NCBI GenBank assembly: GCA_946965045.2
Contig: OX337228.1
Coordinates: 992,001 to 1,056,000 of the forward strand
Direction: 5' to 3'
Length of the DNA stretch: 64,000 nucleotides
From: Epithemia pelagica
Taxonomy: Eukaryota > Protista > Bacillariophyta
Part shown: piece by piece, positions 57,255-64,000 of the stretch
Numbering within the stretch: the first letter of the stretch is position 1
Layout of the letters: every line of letters starts with the position of its first letter
Made by a program: the position numbers and the translations under genes
The notes under the pieces: model-generated
Seen by the model: only the letters and a program-made list of their open reading frames with translations
Told to the model about the DNA's origin: nothing
The model's database searches: none

Positions 57255-59241
57255 CTACCATCCACACAGTAGCTTCCGAATTGTTTCAAATGTATCTTTC
57301 GTCAGACCCTTTGTCATTATGTCTGCCCGTTGTTTCGATGTCTCGATCTTTTCAACCGTGACTCGATTCGGCTTTAAGTGCGATCGAAACCAGTGCATTC
57401 GAATCGCATAGAACTTTGATCTTGGTGTGAACCTGCCCGGCTCCATGTTCGCGAGCGTCAGGGCACCATTGTTATCTTCCCACACTGTGGTCTTGAATTT
57501 CGTGCTCTGCTCTTCTGTCATGCCGACACCTCGTGCCACAGTTTTCAGAAGTTCCAGAAGAGGCAACACAGATTTCATCGCCACACTGAGCGCTGTGTAT
57601 TCCGCCTCCATTGTTGATGTTGCAATATCCGATTGCAACTTGCTTTGCCAAATGACTGGACAGTTTGCGATGCAGATGGCAAACCCAGTTCGGCTCTTGA
57701 CACATGACGGATCCATCTTATCCTCATGTGGCCACAGACCCGCAAAGTCTGCATCAACGTAACAATCAACGTTGAGATTGTCGTAAGTTGGACGGAGGAT
57801 GAGTCCTTTCTCCATTGTCCCTTTCAAGTATTGTCTGATCCTTTCTAACGCTTCTTCGTGTGTTGTCTTAGGATCATGGGTGTATCGTGCACATTGACTG
57901 ACGGCATATGTGATGTCGGGTCTTGAATGTGCTTGCAAGTATTGCAGCATTCCAATGACACTTGGATAGCTGAATTTGCACTGTGCTGGAGTCCCATTTT
58001 TGTTTGCCACCAGAGGATCCTTCGATGCTGGTGTCCGTTTCATGGGTTTGTCTCCAATGTGAAGTGCCTCCACAATTCGCTTGATCAGGCCCTTCTGCGT
58101 CAACGTGATAGTACCATCACTTTCGTTGCGTTCAATGTGTACGCCGAGAAATCCGGCTACACTGTCTTCGATCTCGAGTGTCACGTTCTGTTGATTCTGG
58201 AGTTTCCCAAGAAACTCATCAATCCACTCGCGTTTGGGGCTGTAAATCAATGTGTCGTCCACATAGACCAGCACGATTATTTTGTCGGACATGAACAGAC
58301 ACGGGTCAATGTGTTCCTGCGACTTGAGTCCGACTTGTTTCAAGACTTTCCCTGGTTGTGCAAACCCTCTCGGCATCTCAACATACACGCCACTTTTCTT
58401 TTGTTCTTCTTCTGTCATCTTGTCCCAATTGGGATCCTTGTCAATCGGCGCATGTACAAATGCTGCCGTGAAATCAACTTGTACCGTGGACAGATTCAAA
58501 ATGATGGAAAGAATCATCATCAGGCGCACAGTCGTCCAATTCACAACGGGTGCAAACGTGTCGAAGAAATCGACTCCTTCGACTTGTTTGTCCCCCCGTG
58601 CACAAAACCGTGCTTTCAATTTGCGTACGGATCCATCGGGATACCGTTTGCACTTGAACGCCCACGTGCCAGGTAAGACATTCATCCATGTCTCTCTTGC
58701 CACGACTTCCCATGCTTTCATCTTCTCATGAAGCGTGTTGTATTCTTTCTTGCAAGCCTCCCAGTACCCGTCTTTGTCGGGACCGTTCATGGCTTGTTCC
58801 CATGAGGGATTGTCTGCAGCATCGGCCTTGGTTGCCAATGCCATAGGATGCATCTCTTCAATCCAGCGTGTGTCCGGATCTGTATGACGATCCAGCCACA
58901 GGTCCATGGCCAATAGGTCTTTGGATTTGGACGCGATTGCGCTGGTCAGAGTGTCCCAGGTAAGGGATTGGAGGAACTGTGCATTCAACAGCTTTCGTCT
59001 CACCTTTTGCCTTGGCCTTGTTGACCCACGAGGAAAGTAAGCAGTCGATGCCCACAATCGCTCATCGAACAAGTGACGATTGGGACGACGTTCTCTTTTG
59101 CCCCTTCCATGTGATTCTGGATCGGGTTCGGCAAAGTGCCTATTACGGCGTTCAATCTCTTCTTGTCTTGTCGTGCTGTCATCGTCTGAGTCGTCTTCAA
59201 AAACGATCTCATGTTCTTCCTCGTCGGCTTCTCCCTCTGGA
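57255..59241 (-). pseudogene. pol: pol 3' part: reverse transcriptase plus RNase H (in-frame RT deletion; out of frame with PR-IN)
   Basis: WAFKCKR, KARFCARG, VDFTAAF, YVDD, YVDADFAG, EAEY, EDNNG and ADIMTKGL are present. The copia SLYGL(K/R)Q block is missing (KVLK-QVGLK). Confidence 0.9.
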
Positions 59242-62050
59242 CTCCCTCTGGAGGCAACAATTCACCATTTGGAGCTCCCTCTGGAGGTAACAATCCACCT
59301 GTTGGATCTTGGCCTGTTGGATCTTGGCTTGGCAATTCACCGGGTTCTGGAGGCGGTTCTGGTCCTTGCCCTCGCTCTGTTGGCTGTTCCAGTGGAGGTT
59401 GGAATCGAACATGGTTCCTTGCAGCTCGGCCATGGTTCCTTGCAGCTCGGCCTCTCCCCCCGTCAACAGACGTTGGAACAGGAACAATGGGTAAAGGTGG
59501 AGTGGGCAATGGACAAGGAGGACGTGGCTGACGTTGGGCATGCCGTTCCGCAATCTCGGAATCGGTCATCCACTCGTCGCCAAGCTCCAAATTACCATCA
59601 TCATCGTCTTCGTCAGGCAGGTTAGATTCAGTGCCCGCCGCCAGCAGGCGTTGCCAAAAATCACCGTTCAAATTTGGCTCATCTAAGAGCCCGCCAGAAT
59701 CGGCATTAGGGACCGTAGAGAATAAATCATCGTAGACCACATGATACTGTGAGCTGATGAATCCCGAGCGAAGATTGAGTATACGACCAGCAGTAGTAGA
59801 ATGGTCGGGCGAAATCCCAAGAAACTGACCACGTCGTGCCTTGGCTTGCCATTTAGGCAACTTCTTTCCGTCTTGAAGTTTGGGGTCCAGGACGTATACA
59901 GGACATCCCCATACGTGACTCCGCTGAAGGTGGTGAAAATCGGAGAATGTGATGCCAGAGAAGATTTCGAGTGGAGCGATGTTCGTCCGGCGATTCGGAA
60001 GGTGGTTCCAGAGCCAGACGGCGTGCTCAACAGCAAAGGGCCAAAGATGCAAATGCATTTGCTCGGGCCAGTGAATGGTCGCGTGTAGTAACATAGTACG
60101 GGCCCAAGACATCGTGGTCTTTACTGCCCTTTCCGCGACTCCATTCTGGTGATGTGCCCCAACACCTGAGAAGCTGATACGTTGACCACATCCGTGTACA
60201 TGGTTCAGAAATTCTTCTCGGCCAAACGGCGCATTATCGGCGCGGTACTCTCGTATCTTGACACCGTATTCATCCGCGAACCGCTCAAACTTCTTCTTTG
60301 AACTGATCGTCTCACCAACTCGAAGGGACACTTGGTTCGCCAAGAAGATCATGCCAGAGGCATGGTCGACAAACAGAGTTCCCCCTCTATACTGTTCTTC
60401 GGTCCTCTCTTTTCGATACGTGTGAGGAAGGCGTCCACGAATCGTTGATTCGTATTGATCAATCGAAACACAATCTCCTGGTTGAAGGTGCTCCCTCTTG
60501 AGCATACTGTCTTTCCCATCCACCAATCCACCGTGATTCGAATGAGGCGTCCGACGATGTTGCTTCCCGAGCATACAAGCTGCGCACAAAGGTATGACGC
60601 AACTTGTTGTCTTCGCTTCTTTTGTCTCCAGCACTAACCGTCGACTGTTTGCTTTTGGATCTCGACAGAGCGTCTGAATCCATTGCATGTTGGCATGGCC
60701 AAGCTTCCAGTGCCACAGCAAGAGCTCCCTTTGCGATGCCGTCAAGTTCTGGTTAGTCTCGTCGGCCACATTCATCAAGCCACTGTGATTTGCCGTGGAC
60801 AAGGCCGACTTGACGGAATAGCCATCACCCAGCATCGTTGCATCTTCGAAGGTAAGTCCCATTTGATTCACATTCCCTGTGAGCATAAAGGGAAGATTAC
60901 TACCGGAGTTATATGGAAATTCTAACCATGTCCCATCCGGGATTTGCAACTGCGTTTTCTTGTGGTCGAGTACCAGTTTTCCAGCTTGCTGTTCTTCGAA
61001 GAATGTTTGCGGGCTGAACAAACGAATCGAGGCTTCTGGTACGTAGTATGCTTTCGTCTTGATCGTTCGAGCTACTCCCATAACATCTCTAACCATCCAT
61101 TGGACCGTGCCAAAACCTCGGACTGCTGTTGTTCCAGACAATCCATTCAACGATGAGATTTCGGCCGGTTGAATTGGTCCGACGAAGTCTTGGAGATTTG
61201 GCGTCAACGATTTGGACGCTCCGGAATCGATCACAATGGGAAGCACGTCTTGTTCTCGTTGACTCATGTACACCGTCATGCGACGGGACAATTCGCCAAT
61301 AGTCTCACTATTCAAACCAGAACAATCAACCTGATTTAACGGGACAGTGACGGCTTGAAAACTTTTCAGTTGTCCAAAATTGGCTGCTGCAACCATGCTT
61401 TGTCGCAACATCAGTTTCCAAGGGGTCTTTCGTCTTGTAAGGTCAGCACCAAGCCACGCCCCATGACTCAACAATTTGATTGTCTGCCACTGACGAACTG
61501 GATCGACTTGTGGTAGCAAGGAATCGTCCTTCAGGGCCAAACTCCAAAGCGACAATCCACCAAAGAGTTGGTCTCGAAGAGTCTTCGTCGTGTCGTTTGT
61601 CGCTCCCTCTAGAGACGACGTTCTCGGTTTGGTCCAGTTGTCCCAGTCGTCCGTGTTGTACCAAAGACAAGGACGGTTGTTTCGCCAGATCACACGATGG
61701 ACTCGACGTCTTGCTTTCATTTTGAGGCCATAGGAGCGTACCGACTGTCTCAGACGAGGTTTCGGCGGTCTTGGTGGAGTGCTCACAGCACGAGCAGCTG
61801 TGGCTCCAGACTTGGAGTCTTGCTCGACCAAGCTCATGGCACAACAAAGGCCTGTGAACAAGGCGAGATACAGTAGGAATAACCACGGCAGATAAAGCCA
61901 AAATAGGTCCCCCATCCCCCTCATGAGCGCACAGTCGAGTAAGGATGAGAAGATAGAGGTCGCCCAGGTTTCCCTCCTGGGACCATAGCGATGATAGGGG
62001 CGGCCTACACCAGATGGACCGTCCAAAGACGCCACCCAGCGGCCACCCCA
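59242..62050 (-). CDS. pol: pol 5' part: spacer, aspartic protease, integrase
   Basis: IVIDSGAS protease; WHWKLGH...CAAC HHCC zinc finger; SIDQ / RADN / AER catalytic DDE. Confidence 0.92.
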
Positions 62051-63793
62051 TCAGGAGAAATGCTCCACGAGACTGCGGAGCGACTGGTCGACGGAGCGAG
62101 CCACGTTTGCGACTGCAGCATCGAACTCAGCGCGATTGACAGTAGAACCAGCCACAGTACCAGTCGCTCCGGTGAGCGTGCTGGTCGTGCTGGCGCCGTC
62201 GGCTCGCGCGGCATGAGCACTCGCGTCTTGGTTGGAAGAATGCGTCCGATCCGGAACCCAGCGATGCGTGCGATGGTTGTAGAACATATGTTTTCCATCA
62301 ATCACGCGTCGATTTCGCTCGTCCGACTTTGGAGGCGCCCACTTTCCGGATGCACCACCTGCTCCAGAATTTGAGGAACTCGTCCCATTGGCTGCCTTCT
62401 TAGAACCAAACTTGTCTTTGTTCGCAGCAATCTTCTGTTCGTTGCGGGGTTCCGTGCACTTCGGTGCTGTATGTCCCGGCTTTCCACAATTCCAACAAAT
62501 TGGTTGGGACTTGCCATTGCCCGAAGAGGCAGTATTGGCAGCTTTCTTGGCATCTTCTTGGGCATTGAACACGGAGTTCTTTCCCTTCGTTTTAGAACCG
62601 TGCCAGTCATTACTGCTGCATAATTCATTATACTTAGTTTCGGCTAAGCGAAGCAAAACATCAACTTCCAATCCACCAGTGTCATGAGGATCACCTTGAA
62701 GTTTACCAATGTCCCGTGCCATTGTGTAAGTTTGCTCGATATAGCGGAAATAGGAGTTAAATTTGCCAACGGATGAAGTTTGCATGACCTTTAGCACTTG
62801 CTGATTAAAACGCTCTGGAACTTTCTTGACCCATTTCAAGCGCTTGTGTGCACCACGGATTAAACTTACAACACGAAGAACATTTTCACCTTGAAACTCA
62901 TTGATCTTCAAATTCTTAACCAAGTCTTTCAAATGATCAATAGCGGCTTCCGAACTTGAAACCAGAATGTTCATCATAATGACAAAGAGCAGCAGACCCC
63001 CTTGTTGAATGGTAGGGTAAGTCTCAAACTGTTCGTAGCATTTTTCAAACAGACTTTGAGTCATGTTATTTTCCAGATGCTTGTAGGTTAGTACCAAATT
63101 CTCCCGGTACCAATCCTTCTTGGTCCAGCGGCGATACCATTCACAACTGGCTGCAACTTCATCGGGAGTAACTTCCTCATAATTTAAATATAGATCTACA
63201 GTACGAGACTCAATACTCCGGGATCCCTTCGACTTGGGGAACACAATCGTGAACACGTCATGCATATCGTAAACCATATGCGTGTCCTTGGTCTTGGAAA
63301 TCATGATGGCAGTGTTATAACACTCATCCAACTTCTTTTCATCGGTCAAACTCATACTCGTGAAAGTATATTTCGTTTGCGATGTCTTCACGGCTTCCTT
63401 GAAGAGATCTTGTTTCTTCTCCGAGGACATCTTCTCCCTGTTCTCTTTCCGATATAGAGGTCCTTGATCCGCGACACCATATCCCCTTGAACCTGGTTCC
63501 ACCAGCTCAACTGCCAGTCCCCCAACCATGAATTGGGTATCTGTATCTAACGGGTAGTCATCGCTCTTTGAACTCTTATCCGAATTGTTTTCATCGCTTT
63601 TTCTTCTTTGTCTTCTCTCATTAAGACCCTGAAGCGTTTTGTCGAGTGTTCGGAATCCAAAGTCGGACTCCCGATTGCCGGTTCCAGTCTGGTCTTCCGC
63701 TGAGGCGTCTTGATAGTCCTCATCGTCTCCCGTGTTAGCCGGTGCAGCACCTGAAGCGGGTGAAACATTTGCCGAGTCTTCTGCTCGCGCCAT
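62051..63793 (-). CDS. gag: gag polyprotein
   Basis: ATG 63793; CCHC knuckle CWNCGKPGHTAPKC; ends in TGA at 62053-62051. Confidence 0.92.
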   Translation of the reverse strand: MARAEDSANVSPASGAAPANTGDDEDYQDASAEDQTGTGNRESDFGFRTLDKTLQGLNERRQRRKSDENNSDKSSKSDDYPLDTDTQFMVGGLAVELVEPGSRGYGVADQGPLYRKENREKMSSEKKQDLFKEAVKTSQTKYTFTSMSLTDEKKLDECYNTAIMISKTKDTHMVYDMHDVFTIVFPKSKGSRSIESRTVDLYLNYEEVTPDEVAASCEWYRRWTKKDWYRENLVLTYKHLENNMTQSLFEKCYEQFETYPTIQQGGLLLFVIMMNILVSSSEAAIDHLKDLVKNLKINEFQGENVLRVVSLIRGAHKRLKWVKKVPERFNQQVLKVMQTSSVGKFNSYFRYIEQTYTMARDIGKLQGDPHDTGGLEVDVLLRLAETKYNELCSSNDWHGSKTKGKNSVFNAQEDAKKAANTASSGNGKSQPICWNCGKPGHTAPKCTEPRNEQKIAANKDKFGSKKAANGTSSSNSGAGGASGKWAPPKSDERNRRVIDGKHMFYNHRTHRWVPDRTHSSNQDASAHAARADGASTTSTLTGATGTVAGSTVNRAEFDAAVANVARSVDQSLRSLVEHFS

Positions 63794-63883
63794 TGTTCTC
63801 ACCTTCTCTCTGTCCTATCTTGCCAGAGCACTCACTTCCTTGACACCGTACGACCTTGGGAAACCTTCTACAGCGTAATACTT

Positions 63884-63895
63884 GGGCTCAGAACC
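63884..63895 (-). other. Primer-binding site, half-tRNA type
   Basis: GGTTCTGAGCCC directly abuts the 5' LTR. It is one mismatch from GGTTATGAGCCC, the complement of the tRNAi-Met anticodon stem-loop. Confidence 0.7.
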
Positions 63896-64000
63896 TGCGA
63901 GTAGTGGAAAAGAACGGCGGTCTCTTTCCCATTGAGCAATCCGTAAAAGGATACTTGTTCTGATAATCACTATTATGTTAGGCCTAAATTCTCACTAAAC
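63896..64000 (-). repeat. 5' LTR (partial)
   Basis: Identical to 56995-57099. Confidence 0.95.

Larger units (their letters stand above)
56995..64000 (-). mobile_element. Ty1/copia LTR retrotransposon (diatom CoDi-like); 5' LTR runs off the window
   Basis: Order gag-PR-IN-RT-RH, with LTRs, PBS and PPT. Confidence 0.97.

Noticed and set aside
61200-62050. env-like gene call for the hydrophobic segment
   Set aside because: env-like ORFs lie 3' of pol; this segment is between gag and protease and has no fusion-protein features I can recognise.
1-64000. tRNA, rRNA or telomeric repeats
   Set aside because: No cloverleaf with T-loop and D-loop consensus, no rRNA signature and no telomere array noticed by eye; tRNAscan or Infernal would be needed to exclude them formally.

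Overview
Eukaryotic genomic DNA, most likely a pennate diatom (inferred from short GT-AG introns, two HSF-type and one AP2 transcription factor, a signal peptide plus aromatic-residue plastid presequence, low-complexity Thr/Gln/Asn tracts and a diatom-type Ty1/copia element). About 16 host genes are present: AP2 TF, putative glycosyltransferase-like protein, plastid-targeted protein, sulfotransferase, GRIP golgin, a large disordered protein, a small Lys-rich protein, 2 HSFs, an EF-hand protein, a SLAC1/TDT anion channel, DUF5672, a UBX/ubiquitin-like protein, a Crinkler-like SAM+REase protein and D-lactate dehydrogenase. They are interleaved with at least ten TIR DNA elements whose ends I could define from the sequence. 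Highlights: (1) a 3.6-kb non-autonomous PIF/Harbinger-type element carrying captured K+ channel and RING-ligase gene fragments plus two nested elements; (2) a 2.9-kb PHIS/Harbinger transposon with a divergent second ORF that lacks an obvious Myb/SANT or YqaJ domain but has an alpha-crystallin/HSP20-like C-terminus, separated from the transposase by a 220-bp palindrome; (3) a Crinkler-like nuclease gene sharing a duplicated C-terminus and 3' UTR with D-LDH; (4) a recent copia insertion 33 bp upstream of the D-LDH ATG, whose gag and pol are in the same frame, separated by one UGA embedded in a strong predicted hairpin (candidate programmed readthrough), with a half-tRNA-type PBS, an RT deletion and a 1-bp frameshift. 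I found no rRNA, tRNA or CRISPR array. All family assignments come from motif recognition by eye, not database searches.
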